Source of the DNA: an uncultured delta proteobacterium
GTDB lineage: Bacteria; Desulfobacterota; Desulfobacteria; Desulfobacterales; SG8-13
Direction: 5' to 3'
Length of the DNA: 64,000 bases
NCBI GenBank assembly: GCA_963848135.1
Contig: CAWKCK010000018.1
Span: 12,938-76,937 of the forward strand
Shown: positions 20,901-31,137 of the stretch, one piece after another
Position numbering within the stretch: position 1 is the stretch's first letter
Layout of the letters: each line of letters begins with the position of its first letter
The notes under the pieces: generated by a model
What the model was told of the DNA's origin: nothing
Seen by the model: only the letters and a program-made list of their open reading frames with translations
Databases searched by the model: none
Translations under genes and position numbers: made by a program

Positions 20901-21484
20901 TTCAAGGCTTGATTGACCGATTCCTGAACGTCTATACCGTTGTTCTGCACTTCGAGGAAAAAATTTCCCTCGCCGAAGAGCTTCAAGTATTTCTGCGCGG
21001 TGGTATCGGCATCCTTGAGACGATTTCTCCGAATGAGTGTCGGAATCTCGCCATGGAGGCAAGCGGTGAACGCGATCAAGCCTTTGTGATGCTCCCGCAA
21101 GAGGTGTTTGTCGATCCGCGGTTTATAATAAAAGCCTTCCAGTTGGGCGATGCTCATCATCCGACAAAGATTTCGGTATCCTTCAGGGTTCTCAGCCAAC
21201 AATATCAGGTGGGTAAGTCCTTTGTGATCCAAGGGTGTTTTGTCAGACAACCGGCGCGGGGCGACATAGCATTCACAGCCGATGATCGGTTTGATGCCTG
21301 CTTTAATGGCTTTCGCGTAAAACTCGATGGTGCCGAACATGGTACCGTGATCGGTAAGAGCCACGGATTTCATACCGAAATCAGTGGCCCGCTGAAGCAA
21401 ATCATCGATACGTATGGCGCCATCCAAGAGACTGTACTGCGAGTGAACGTGTAGGTGAACAAATTCGGGCGGAATCGTACTCAT
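17945..21484 (-). CDS. dnaE: DNA polymerase III alpha subunit
   Basis: PHP domain (FVHLHVHSQYSLLDG), polymerase core, OB fold and C-terminal tail. The ORF opens at 21598, but the ATG at 21484 matches the canonical N-terminus. Confidence 0.95.
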   Translation of the reverse strand: MSTIPPEFVHLHVHSQYSLLDGAIRIDDLLQRATDFGMKSVALTDHGTMFGTIEFYAKAIKAGIKPIIGCECYVAPRRLSDKTPLDHKGLTHLILLAENPEGYRNLCRMMSIAQLEGFYYKPRIDKHLLREHHKGLIAFTACLHGEIPTLIRRNRLKDADTTAQKYLKLFGEGNFFLEVQNNGIDVQESVNQALKDMSRRLSIPLVASNDCHYLDKKDVRAHDVLLCIQTGKVVTDSERLKFRTDQLYFKPPQEMSDFFSGFPGALENTVQIAERCNVTFDFKTYHFPKFDAPDGQSEAAYFEQRVQEGFVQAMQQIKTRNSDVDETIYRERLDYEMSVIKDMGFPGYFLIVSDFIRYAKEHNIPVGPGRGSAAGSLVAFALGITGLDPLEYGLIFERFLNPARKSMPDIDVDFCINGREEVFKYVVDKYGGGDYVAQIITYGKLKTRAVIRDVGRALGIPLREVDAIAKMVPDRLGISLDSALKEEPRLSELSIENPDVGNLIDICRVLEGLPRHASTHAAGVVISDRPLVDYLPLYRGKKGEVVTQYDMKIVEKIGLVKFDFLGLRNLTVIENALGLIKRQGGKVPDINNLDLDDQKTYQLLCAGDTTGVFQLESSGMKDLLVRLKPECFNDIIALVALYRPGPMESGMIDDYVDRKHGRKKVEYLLPQLEAALEETYGVIVYQEQVMKIAATLANYTMSEADDLRKAMGKKIKELMAQHRERFVEGAMANGIEADKAGTIFDLIEKFGGYGFNKSHSAAYALIAFQTAYLKTHFPVEFMASLLTSEMHSTDGVVKFINECRSHDIRVQPPDIYESDIEFTVSGDEIRFGLVAVKNVGEGAIEAIIEARNEDRFTSLFDFCEHVDLKRVNKRVIESLVKCGAFDSTGARRSQLMAAIEEALEYGQRIQKERNDSQMNLFDTGASKLAINVPLLPEIQEWEEKQRLAFEKEALGFYISGHPLGGLEAVLEKFTNVNALTVKESNDGTMVRIGGIVIATKVIKTKKGDLMAFVTLEDMHGSVEIIVFSNLYVIAEPMLFEDNAILVQGRLQKDEQSVRVIAEDIIPIDKAEEAWTASIHLHLDISLTDRETLLNLQDILLRYPGSCRTFLHLRDPQGADTVISVSERIRLQPGPHLTRDVNRFLGYDAVETMCNTGASMASTNLMKRNGRRGSRRYNGG

Positions 21485-21645
21485 GGATTGTATACTCTCG
21501 GGTAGATGTAAAGATGAATCCCGTTGACGGTAATCGCTGGTACCGATTTCAGAATCGGGCCTTCTCATCGCGGAAACTGAACTGCGACGGGATGCCATTC
21601 GGTCGACACGAACGAATTACGGTGTCCAAATTAAAACCGCCGGAC

Positions 21646-23112
21646 TCACTCCAGCCGATAATTGGGTGCCTCTTTAGTAATGATTACATCGTGAACGTGG
21701 CTTTCCCTCATGCCGGCGGCACTGACCTTGACAAAGCGGGAATTTTCCCGCAATTCTTCCAGGGTGCGGCATCCGCAATATCCCATTCCGCTGCGTAACC
21801 CACCGATAAGTTGATGAATGTTGGCCGATAGGCTTCCACGGTAGGGAACCCGTCCGACAATCCCTTCGGGAACCAGTTTGTCGTCTTCCGCCTGCTCCGT
21901 CTGGTAGTAGCGGTCTTTGCTGCCTTTTTTCATGGCCTCTATGGACCCCATGCCCCGGTACACTTTGTAGCTGCGTCCCTGGTAAAAAATCTGTTCTCCT
22001 GGACTCTCCTCCGTACCGGCAAACAACCCGCCGATCATGACCACTTGGGCACCCGCACCGATAGCTTTGGTGATGTCACCCGAAAATCGGATGCCGCCGT
22101 CTGCGATCAGGGGCACACCGGTTCTGTTGGATATCGACCGACAGTTCATTATCGCCGTTAGCTGCGGTACACCGATTCCGGCAACGATCCGGGTGGTGCA
22201 AATCGACCCCGGGCCGATACCGATTTTTACTCCATCGACCCCGGCCTTGATAAGATCCTCCGCCCCCTTCTCCGTCCCAACGTTGCCGGCGATCAACTCA
22301 AGACTTTCGAAGGTACTTTTGAGCTGCAGAACGGCATTGATGACATTTTTCGAATGCCCGTGCGACGTGTCGATGAGAATGATATCGGCGCCGGCTTTCA
22401 CCAGAGCCTCGGTCCTCTCGAGCATGTCGGGGCCGACACCGATAGCCCCACCGACCCGAAGCCGTCCCATGCTATCTTTACATGCATTCGGGTATTTTTT
22501 TATCTTCTCAATATCTTTAATGGTAATCATACCTTTGAGCTGCCCCTTTGAATCGACCACGAGAAGTTTCTCTATGCGGTGCTTGTGAAGCAGTTTCTTG
22601 GAATCCTCCAGATTTATGCCTTCAGTTACCGTTATGAGGTTCTCTTTGGTCATTACTTCCGCAACGGGCTTGTCCAATTCGGTTTCAAACCGCAAATCTC
22701 TGTTGGTGACGATCCCTTCCAGTTGATTGTTTTTGGTAACCGGAACGCCCGATATTCGGTATTTTTCCATCAGTGTCAGTACCTCGGAAACCTTCTGTTC
22801 CGGCCGAATGGTAACCGGATCGACGATCATGCCGCTTTCTGATTTCTTGACCTTGTCGACCTCCATAGCTTGGCTCTTGACGCTCATATTGCGATGAATA
22901 AAGCCGATTCCTCCCTCGCGCGCCATGCTGATTGAGGTTTCAGCTTCGGTAACCGTATCCATAGCGGCACTGACAATCGGTATATTGAGGGTCAGGTTGC
23001 GCGTCAGGCGTGTCGCCAGGTTGACATCCTTCGGCAATACATCGGAATAGTTGGGTATCAGCAGTAGGTCATCGAAAGAATAGGCTTCTTCCGGCGGAAA
23101 TTTGTTCATCAC
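21646..23112 (-). CDS. guaB: IMP dehydrogenase
   Basis: 488 aa with a tandem CBS insert, the catalytic loop [11 protein letters not shown] and GGIRFSGD. Confidence 0.95.
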   Translation of the reverse strand: MMNKFPPEEAYSFDDLLLIPNYSDVLPKDVNLATRLTRNLTLNIPIVSAAMDTVTEAETSISMAREGGIGFIHRNMSVKSQAMEVDKVKKSESGMIVDPVTIRPEQKVSEVLTLMEKYRISGVPVTKNNQLEGIVTNRDLRFETELDKPVAEVMTKENLITVTEGINLEDSKKLLHKHRIEKLLVVDSKGQLKGMITIKDIEKIKKYPNACKDSMGRLRVGGAIGVGPDMLERTEALVKAGADIILIDTSHGHSKNVINAVLQLKSTFESLELIAGNVGTEKGAEDLIKAGVDGVKIGIGPGSICTTRIVAGIGVPQLTAIMNCRSISNRTGVPLIADGGIRFSGDITKAIGAGAQVVMIGGLFAGTEESPGEQIFYQGRSYKVYRGMGSIEAMKKGSKDRYYQTEQAEDDKLVPEGIVGRVPYRGSLSANIHQLIGGLRSGMGYCGCRTLEELRENSRFVKVSAAGMRESHVHDVIITKEAPNYRLE

Positions 23113-23530
23113 AACCCCCGTATATATTTTAATTTATATTTCAGTTAGTTATGAAACAGGTGACATGGAAGTCATCAATAATCCGGCAGCTCGAACGCAT
23201 GGTTGCATGATCAGCCGACCTGATGCGTGACAGACGAACGAATTATCAAAAGGATTATTGTTTAGCAATCATTATTTAAGCGCATCCTTGACATTGATCA
23301 GCCGTGATAATAGATAACGAACCTTCGGGAAAACCGCTCTGACGGTGTATCCATAATTCCCATTAAAAACCAATACGCATCAATGGGTGGTTAAACTGTG
23401 TCCAATGCCAAGGGTTTATTCTTCGGATTCGGCCGCAACGCCGCGGATGAACGTGGCCAGGCCAGTTGCGCGAGCCAGTGGAACAAATGCGATTAAATAA
23501 TATGCCGAAGCGCCTATCGGCAGGCTTAAC

Positions 23531-24139
23531 ATGCTGATCTCAATCAATCCAATAAACCCGCAGTTGCGTCTGATTCGGAAGGTCGTCGACCTCTTACGGG
23601 ATGGCGGTATTGTCGCTTATCCGACCGATACGGTCTACGGCATTGGGTGCGACATCATGAACAAAAAAGCCATCGCAAGGGTCTACCAGCTTAAGCAACG
23701 CCCGCAGTCGAAACCGTTCAGCTTTATCTGCTCCGACCTAACGAACATCAGTTATTATGCCAAGGTTTCCAACTACGCCTACAAGACAATGAAACGGCTC
23801 CTTCCGGGCCCTTACACCTTCATCCTCGATGGATCCCGCCAGGTTCCCAAGATGATGTTGACCAAGCGCAAAACCGCCGGTATACGCGTACCGGATCACG
23901 CCATTTGCCTCTCCCTCGTTTCGGAACTCGGCAATCCGGTCATCTCGACCAGCGCCACAACGCCGGATGGCTCTATCATGAGTCACCCGTCGCTCATTCA
24001 CGATTTTTTCAACTCCCGCCTTGATGCCGTGATCGATGGCGGTCCTGTGTCCGGTCAGCCATCAAGCGTCATTTCCCTTATCGATGACATACCCGAAATC
24101 ATCCGCAAGGGTCAGGGAGAGGTCAGTATTTTCGAGTAA
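23531..24139 (+). CDS. tsaC: L-threonylcarbamoyladenylate synthase (YrdC/TsaC type)
   Basis: 202 aa with the YrdC motif YPTDTVYGIGCD and the KxR...SxN pattern. Confidence 0.85.
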   Translation: MLISINPINPQLRLIRKVVDLLRDGGIVAYPTDTVYGIGCDIMNKKAIARVYQLKQRPQSKPFSFICSDLTNISYYAKVSNYAYKTMKRLLPGPYTFILDGSRQVPKMMLTKRKTAGIRVPDHAICLSLVSELGNPVISTSATTPDGSIMSHPSLIHDFFNSRLDAVIDGGPVSGQPSSVISLIDDIPEIIRKGQGEVSIFE

Positions 24140-24176
24140 ATTGGTTAGATGAAAAAACGGCTGGCATAAAACAATC

Positions 24177-24209
24177 GGGGCCTGCAACCAAAGGCTGCCG
24201 GCCCCTTTA
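24177..24209. terminator. imperfect GC-rich hairpin between convergent tsaC and rpsA
   Basis: GGGGCC-T-GCAACC-AAA-GGCTGC-C-GGCCCC followed by TTTA on the plus strand and by a T-containing tract on the minus strand. The U-run is weak. Confidence 0.35.
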
Positions 24210-24246
24210 CGACGTTTATGGAAATGTCGAAGATCACCGATATCGG

Positions 24247-26106
24247 CTAATCCTCATTCAGCTTTCCTTGGAGATTTTCGCGTAAAATCTCGCCGAAGGA
24301 CGATGTCGCCGGTCGCATGTTGTTCACGTAATCGCTCAACAGACCCTGTTCATCATCCATTTCGAGGCGCTTGATCGACAGTCCGATGCGCCTTTCCGTC
24401 GTGTTAATGTTCATTACTTTGGCCGTCAGGACATCCCCGACCTCGAATTTGCCCACAGGCGTCTTTATCTTCTCTTTACTGATTTCAGATACGTGCACAA
24501 GGCCTTCGATACCTTCTTCAAGTTCAACGAAAATGCCGAAATCAGTCAAATTGGTGATCGTTCCGGTGATTTCCTTGCCGACCTCGTAACGCTCGGCAAC
24601 AGTTTCCCAAGGATCGGATTGCAGTTGCTTAACCCCGAGTGAGAATCGTTCGTTATCCTTGTCTATATCCAGAACGATCGCCTGGACAGTATCGCTTTTT
24701 TTGTAGACCTCGGACGGATGCTTAATCCGTTTGGTCCAGGAGATATCCGAAATGTGAACGAGTCCGTCGATACCTTCATCGATACCGATGAACAACCCGA
24801 AATCGGTAATATTTTTTATTTTACCCTCAATGGTTGTACCGATCGGATATTTCTCGCTGACGACATCCCAGGGATTCGGGACAACCTGTTTCATCCCCAG
24901 CGATATCCTTCGGTTATCGGGCTTGATGTCGAGCACGATAGCATCAACCATCTCACTGACAGATACAACCTTGGAAGGATGGCGAATTTTACGCGTCCAT
25001 GACATTTCCGAAACGTGAATCAACCCTTCGATTCCCTCCTCCAGTTCAACAAACGCCCCGTAATCCGTCAAACTGACCACTTTACCGGTGACGCGTGCAC
25101 CAACCGGGTATTTTTCGGCAGCCGTTGTCCAAGGATCCGGGGACAATTGCTTCATGCCCAGTGACACCCGCTCTTTTTCGATGTCGAAGTTGAGAACTTT
25201 GACTTTAATTTCGTCTCCGATTGCAAAAAGTTCGGAGGGATGTTTCACACGACCCCAGGAAATATCGGTGATATGCAGCAATCCGTCGACACCGCCCAGA
25301 TCAACAAAAACACCATACTCGGTAATATTCTTGACGACACCGTCGAGAATTTTCCCTTCTTCGATGATTTCCAGTGTAGCCGTTCTCTGCGTTTCGCGCT
25401 CTTCTTCGAGGATCACACGTCTGGAGAGTACAATATTACTCCGCTTTCGATTATACTTTAGAATCTTGAATTTGTATTGGTTGCCGACCAGGTCATCCAG
25501 ATTTCGTATGGGCCGCAGATCGGCCTGAGAACCAGGCAGAAACGCCTGTACGCCAATATCGACAGAAAAGCCGCCCTTGACTCTGCTCGTAATAATACCA
25601 TCTATGGTGCCTTCTTCGTCATAGGATTTTTTGATCTCTTCCCAAACCTTGACGTTCTGGGCTTTTTCCTTGGAGAGAACGACACGCTCTTCCTCGTCAT
25701 CCCACCATTCGACCATTACTTCGACTTTATCGCCGACATTGGCATTGATAATGCCCTTTTCATCTCTAAACTCATGGATTCGGATCTGGCCCTCGGACTT
25801 GTAACCGATATCGACCAGGACATGGTCCTTATCCACGGAAATGATCCTGCCGGTGACGACTTCACCCTCTTCGAATCTCTTGAAACTTTCCTCATACATG
25901 TCCATGAGGTTTTCCATCGATTCCTCGGGCTTCGAGCCATCCTCTGTCGGTGATTCTGCAGGTGTATCAATGGCAGCGGTTTCCGCCTCGCTTGTCTCCG
26001 CGGATTGCTGTTCATTCGATGCAGCCTCGACACCACCCTCTTCGTCGCTGGAAACAGTTTGCTGATTAAGTTCCCCGGTTTCCTCGTTTCTGCCCAAATC
26101 TTCCAT
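24247..26106 (-). CDS. rpsA: 30S ribosomal protein S1
   Basis: Six S1 repeats (G..V.G.V......G.FV...). The first 63 residues are an acidic low-complexity extension. An internal ATG at 25917 with GAGGA would give an E. coli-sized protein. Confidence 0.9.
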   Translation of the reverse strand: MEDLGRNEETGELNQQTVSSDEEGGVEAASNEQQSAETSEAETAAIDTPAESPTEDGSKPEESMENLMDMYEESFKRFEEGEVVTGRIISVDKDHVLVDIGYKSEGQIRIHEFRDEKGIINANVGDKVEVMVEWWDDEEERVVLSKEKAQNVKVWEEIKKSYDEEGTIDGIITSRVKGGFSVDIGVQAFLPGSQADLRPIRNLDDLVGNQYKFKILKYNRKRSNIVLSRRVILEEERETQRTATLEIIEEGKILDGVVKNITEYGVFVDLGGVDGLLHITDISWGRVKHPSELFAIGDEIKVKVLNFDIEKERVSLGMKQLSPDPWTTAAEKYPVGARVTGKVVSLTDYGAFVELEEGIEGLIHVSEMSWTRKIRHPSKVVSVSEMVDAIVLDIKPDNRRISLGMKQVVPNPWDVVSEKYPIGTTIEGKIKNITDFGLFIGIDEGIDGLVHISDISWTKRIKHPSEVYKKSDTVQAIVLDIDKDNERFSLGVKQLQSDPWETVAERYEVGKEITGTITNLTDFGIFVELEEGIEGLVHVSEISKEKIKTPVGKFEVGDVLTAKVMNINTTERRIGLSIKRLEMDDEQGLLSDYVNNMRPATSSFGEILRENLQGKLNED

Positions 26107-26330
26107 TTAAAAGCGTACCCCCTTAGCCGATTTTTAAATATTGCCGCCGACGTACGGCTGCATAACCTGAGGTGAGTATCAGACCCTTATTGAAAATACA
26201 ACGATTATTTTGAATATCCAGCAAATTCTGTCACTGGTCAATTCAGCTTTAGGCATAGGCTGAGGCTTCCCGCATCCCCGTTCCGTCCACAAATCAACCA
26301 AGACGCCCCGGGTGCTCATATATTTCAGTA

Positions 26331-27002
26331 TTACCCATCGGTTAGGCGGGCAATATGGTCAAGCATAACGGCAACAACCGCTTCGATTCCCATTATGGTC
26401 GAATCGATTTGAATGGCATCGGTTGCGGGCTTCAATGGGGCCTCAGATCGGGTACTGTCGTTTTCATCCCGTTTCCTCAAATCCCTTTCAACTTCATCCA
26501 AACTCAACTCACACTTGGATTGCAGTTCGAGGAATCGCCGCCGCGCGCGGGTCCTTTCGGTCGCATCGAGGTAAAATTTGATCTCGGCATTGGGAAAAAC
26601 CACCGTTCCCATGTCACGTCCCTCAACGACAACCGCCTTCTGGCGCCCCATCGCCCTTTGCACATCGAGTAAATAGCGTCGCACCACCGGTCGTGCCGAG
26701 ACGGCCGAGGCCAGCATGGTAATGTCCGGTGTTCGCAGCTCTTCGGTGACATCCTCACCATTGGACAGAAGCCTCAGTCCCCCATCGGTTTGAACATACC
26801 GCAGATCAAGCCCATGGCATATCTCCTCTAATGCCTTATCCTCGACCGGATGGCGCCCTTTGCGGCTTACAGCCAATGCCACCGCCCTGTAAAGGGCTCC
26901 GGTGTCAATATAGCGGTATCCTAATCGGTCGGCCAGCATCCGGCTAACGGTTGTTTTACCGGCACCGGCCGGTCCATCAATTGTTACAACGATTTTTCTC
27001 AT
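26331..27002 (-). CDS. cmk: cytidylate kinase
   Basis: P-loop IDGPAGAGKTT and a Cmk-typical YIDTGALYRA. Confidence 0.9.
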   Translation of the reverse strand: MRKIVVTIDGPAGAGKTTVSRMLADRLGYRYIDTGALYRAVALAVSRKGRHPVEDKALEEICHGLDLRYVQTDGGLRLLSNGEDVTEELRTPDITMLASAVSARPVVRRYLLDVQRAMGRQKAVVVEGRDMGTVVFPNAEIKFYLDATERTRARRRFLELQSKCELSLDEVERDLRKRDENDSTRSEAPLKPATDAIQIDSTIMGIEAVVAVMLDHIARLTDG

Positions 27003-27063
27003 CCCGTTCCTTTTAGGAATCGTTGTTCGGCTGATCCACCGGCGGCCAAACCACCGGATGGAT

Positions 27064-28161
27064 TCAATTTCGTTTCAGGACACTGGCAAGTGCCGCCACG
27101 AATCGCTCGTTCTCCTGGGGCAATCCAACGCTTATCCGGATGTAACGCGGATAGCCGTAGGATCTCATCGATCGTACAATGACGCCCTCAGTCAACATCT
27201 CTTTAAATACCGTGTCGGCATCCTTTTGAACGTCAATGAGAAAAAAATTGGCTTGGGTCGGGAAACTGCGAATGCCCAAGCGGCTCAACGCATCAAACAA
27301 ATAGTCGATTCCTGAATGCACGAGCGTGATCGTTTTTTGAAGGTATTCTTCATCTTCAAGCGCCGCGGTCGCTGCCACCTGAGCCAACGTACTGGCATTA
27401 AAAGGCTGCCGGATGCGGTGCAGGATGTTCGCCAATTCAACCGGCATCAGTCCATAACCGATGCGTAAGCCGGCAAGCCCGTATATTTTGGAAAAAGTCC
27501 GCAGGGTCACTACGGGAATTCCGGATTGAAAGAAATCGAGCCCTTTGGCACAATGGGGGTCCCTGACAAATTCGATGTAAGCCTCATCAATGACGACAGT
27601 AACACCGGAGGGCAGTGCTTTCAGAAAAGTGGTCACGTCCGCGGAAGTCATGATGGTGCCGGTGGGATTGTTGGGATTGCATAAAAAAATCATCCGGGTT
27701 CGCGGCGACACCCGGTCGAGGATGGCATTCAGATCGATGGCCAGCGCATCGTTCAGGGGAACAATTACAGGCTGAGCGCCGACGCTGCGTGCCGTAATTT
27801 CGTACATCAAAAACGACGGTCGGGGCATGATGACCTGGTCGCCGGGCGCCAACAGGGCCCGGCTCAGCATGCCAATCACCTCGTCGGAGCCGTTGCCAAG
27901 AACAATATTCTCGGGTAACACCCCCAAATGGACCGCCAGCTTATCCACCAGCGCGTGGCCGCCGCCATCCGGGTATCGGTGCAGATCCTTCATCTTCGAT
28001 TGAATAGCCACCACGGCCCTTGGGGACGGACCAAGAGGGTTCTCATTGGACGCCAATTTGATCGAGTCACGAATACCGTACTCCCGCTCGAGCGCTTCCA
28101 GAGGCTTTCCGGGTTCGTATGGTTCAATGGCCTGGATGTATTCGGGTATCGTAAGATCCAC
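27064..28161 (-). CDS. hisC: histidinol-phosphate aminotransferase
   Basis: 365 aa with KLASNENPLGPSP, the PLP-lysine context RTFSKIYGLAGLRIGY and a GTG start. Confidence 0.9.
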   Translation of the reverse strand: MDLTIPEYIQAIEPYEPGKPLEALEREYGIRDSIKLASNENPLGPSPRAVVAIQSKMKDLHRYPDGGGHALVDKLAVHLGVLPENIVLGNGSDEVIGMLSRALLAPGDQVIMPRPSFLMYEITARSVGAQPVIVPLNDALAIDLNAILDRVSPRTRMIFLCNPNNPTGTIMTSADVTTFLKALPSGVTVVIDEAYIEFVRDPHCAKGLDFFQSGIPVVTLRTFSKIYGLAGLRIGYGLMPVELANILHRIRQPFNASTLAQVAATAALEDEEYLQKTITLVHSGIDYLFDALSRLGIRSFPTQANFFLIDVQKDADTVFKEMLTEGVIVRSMRSYGYPRYIRISVGLPQENERFVAALASVLKRN

Positions 28162-28200
28162 GTATTCTTACCTAAATTTTATGTGAAATATACCACTGTC

Positions 28201-28740
28201 CTAACAGGAAGCGACAGCCTTCTGGCCTTCGTCAACGGCCGTCATGTTCAATGGGATCAACTTTTTCTTTTTGGCAAACTCTGTTTTCACACATGCTCTT
28301 AGTGTTTCCAACCCGACAATTTTACTCCGGGCAACAAAAGCGGACAAGGCGACAATATTGGCTGAACGCACACTGCCGATTTTGATGGCGATCTCATTTA
28401 CCGGTACCCGAACCTCATCGACATCATTCCGGTTCGAGCCAATTGAAATCAGAGAACTGTTCACCAAAATGACACCGCCCGCCTTCACCTGAGGGGCAAA
28501 CTTTTCAAGCGATGGGCGGTTCATGGCTATCAGGTGCATGGGATTGCGGATGATTGGTGAGCCAATCAACCGGTCGCTGACGACAACCGTGCAGTAGGCT
28601 GTACCGCCGCGCATTTCCGGCCCGTATGATGGTACCCAGGCGACTTCACGTCCCTCCTCCATGGCGGCATGGGCCAAAATCTTGGCACTGAGAAGAATTC
28701 CCTGCCCACCGAAACCGGCAAACATCACTTCGCTTTGCAT
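28201..28740 (-). CDS. korC: 2-oxoacid:ferredoxin oxidoreductase, gamma subunit
   Basis: FAGFGGQGILL motif. The ATG at 28740 has GGAGGGA upstream. The ORF track start at 28776 is probably spurious. Confidence 0.8.
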   Translation of the reverse strand: MQSEVMFAGFGGQGILLSAKILAHAAMEEGREVAWVPSYGPEMRGGTAYCTVVVSDRLIGSPIIRNPMHLIAMNRPSLEKFAPQVKAGGVILVNSSLISIGSNRNDVDEVRVPVNEIAIKIGSVRSANIVALSAFVARSKIVGLETLRACVKTEFAKKKKLIPLNMTAVDEGQKAVASC

Positions 28741-28813
28741 AGACTCCCTCCAAAAATACCGATCACGACATAACAAACAGACGCCACATTCAAGGGTTGA
28801 ATGTGATTGCCGT

Positions 28814-29578
<765 letters not shown>

Positions 29579-29811
29579 TTAAATGCTCCATGAAAGCGTT
29601 GAGGTTGTGAGACCGAATTTTTATCTCGACAACACTGTTAGAAGTTTTGATTCTGTTCGGCCGTCTTCGTGATGGAACGAGGGCCAACCCGGACATGCCC
29701 CTTATGGCGGCCGTCATGGCCCATTCGAAACGGCCGTCCATCTACTGCGAGCCTATAATGACGCTTTGGCGGTTTCCATCGGGTCTAAATGGCGTCATTT
29801 ATGACCGGAAG

Positions 29812-30882
29812 TCAATCGGTCAGGGATTTGACAAAAGCCACCACTTCTTCCGGCGTCGGTACTTCACCGCCGCATTTGCCGAACCATGATACCGGCCTAT
29901 GGCCCCTCACGGACCGTTCGACGTCCTCGACCATTTGACCCATGCTCATCTCGATACAGCCAACAGCGCGACAACCCTCTTTGGCGGCGGCCTCTTCGAC
30001 AGCCTCTTCCGGAAAGGGAAAAACGGTTTGGGGTCGGATCATACCGACGTCGATCCCCTCCTCTTTGAGCATGTCGATCGCCGTACGACACACTCGGCTC
30101 ATGGTACCATAACTCACGAGCAGCACGCGATAGTCCCCTTCCGTATTGTAGCCCTCGTAACGAATTTCCTCCCGCTTCATCCGGTCATACTTGGCTTTTA
30201 ACATCAGGTTGTGGCGGTTCAGCACTTCAGGATCGAGATAGAGAGAGCGGATCAGGTTGCGTTTATCGCTCTTGCGGGTGTCCATGCCGTTGACAGCCCA
30301 TTCATCATTGCTATTAGGCGCAACTTTCAAGTCGTCCGGGAATTCCACCGGCTCCATCATCTGACCGATCAGTCCGTCGCCGAGGATCATCACCGGATTG
30401 CGATATTTTTCCGCCAGCGGAAATGCCATCATTACCATTTCAACCGCCTCCTGAACGCTGGCCGGTGCCAGCACCAACATTCGGCAATCCCCATGGCCAA
30501 TTCCTTTGGTTGCCTGCAGGTAATCCGCTTGTGAGGGCAGAATACCGCCGAGGCCGGGTCCACCACGCATGATATTTACAAAGACCGCCGGGCACTGGGA
30601 GCCGGCCATATAGCTGATTCCTTCGCTCATCAGGCTGATCCCCGGACTCGATGATGTCGTAAAAACCCGCTCACCGGTGGCAGCAGCACCGAGAATCATG
30701 TAAGAAACGGCAACTTCACTCTCCCCCTGAAGAAAAACGCCACCCACCTCGGGCAATCGCCGGGAGAGGTATTCGGCCACTTCTGATTGCGGCGTAATCG
30801 GATAGGCGAAATAATTTAAACAACCGGCGCGAATCGCCGCTTCGCCGATAGCTTCGTTTCCCTTCATCAGCACCTTGCCCAT
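29812..30882 (-). CDS. korA: 2-oxoglutarate:ferredoxin oxidoreductase, alpha subunit
   Basis: KGNEAIGEAAIRAGC...YPITPQSE N-terminus. The ATG at 30882 is preceded by GGAGGAAGAA. The TTG at 30894 in the ORF track sits inside that Shine-Dalgarno sequence. Confidence 0.85.
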   Translation of the reverse strand: MGKVLMKGNEAIGEAAIRAGCLNYFAYPITPQSEVAEYLSRRLPEVGGVFLQGESEVAVSYMILGAAATGERVFTTSSSPGISLMSEGISYMAGSQCPAVFVNIMRGGPGLGGILPSQADYLQATKGIGHGDCRMLVLAPASVQEAVEMVMMAFPLAEKYRNPVMILGDGLIGQMMEPVEFPDDLKVAPNSNDEWAVNGMDTRKSDKRNLIRSLYLDPEVLNRHNLMLKAKYDRMKREEIRYEGYNTEGDYRVLLVSYGTMSRVCRTAIDMLKEEGIDVGMIRPQTVFPFPEEAVEEAAAKEGCRAVGCIEMSMGQMVEDVERSVRGHRPVSWFGKCGGEVPTPEEVVAFVKSLTD

Positions 30883-30894
30883 TTCTTCCTCCAA

Positions 30895-31128
30895 TCATTT
30901 CGAACCGGTCGACGTCTCGGCCTCTTCGGTAATGGTTATGGCAACGTCCGGACACATCGTGCAGCACAAGGCGCAATGAATACAGTCCTCGGGACGGGCG
31001 CGGTAGGCGGGGAAATACCCCTTGGTGTTGACCTGGTCGGTTATCTCGAGCACCTTTTTCGGACAGACCGTCACACACAGTCCGCAGCCTTTACACTTAT
31101 CTTTATCGATCTCATGTAGATACGCCAT
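30895..31128 (-). CDS. korD: 4Fe-4S ferredoxin-type delta subunit of the oxidoreductase
   Basis: 77 aa with two CxxCxxCxxxCP clusters (CKGCGLCVTVCP, CIHCALCCTMCP). Confidence 0.8.
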   Translation of the reverse strand: MAYLHEIDKDKCKGCGLCVTVCPKKVLEITDQVNTKGYFPAYRARPEDCIHCALCCTMCPDVAITITEEAETSTGSK

Positions 31129-31137
31129 GGTTACTCC

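Noticed and set aside
20171-21454. A 427-aa ORF on the plus strand, antisense to dnaE. Similar long antisense ORFs lie at 19319-19933, 18063-18617 and 5110-5526.
   Set aside because: Its codons are in exact complementary register with the dnaE codons; both triplet sets start at positions congruent to 2 mod 3. Stops can therefore arise only opposite the rare sense codons TTA, CTA and TCA. The translation is low-complexity with no motifs and no Shine-Dalgarno sequence. This is a codon-usage artefact.
29647-29889. An 80-aa plus-strand ORF filling the korA-korB spacer.
   Set aside because: It is antisense to the operon, runs into the korA 3' end, has no Shine-Dalgarno sequence and has an implausible composition. 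The spacer is treated as non-coding in the findings.
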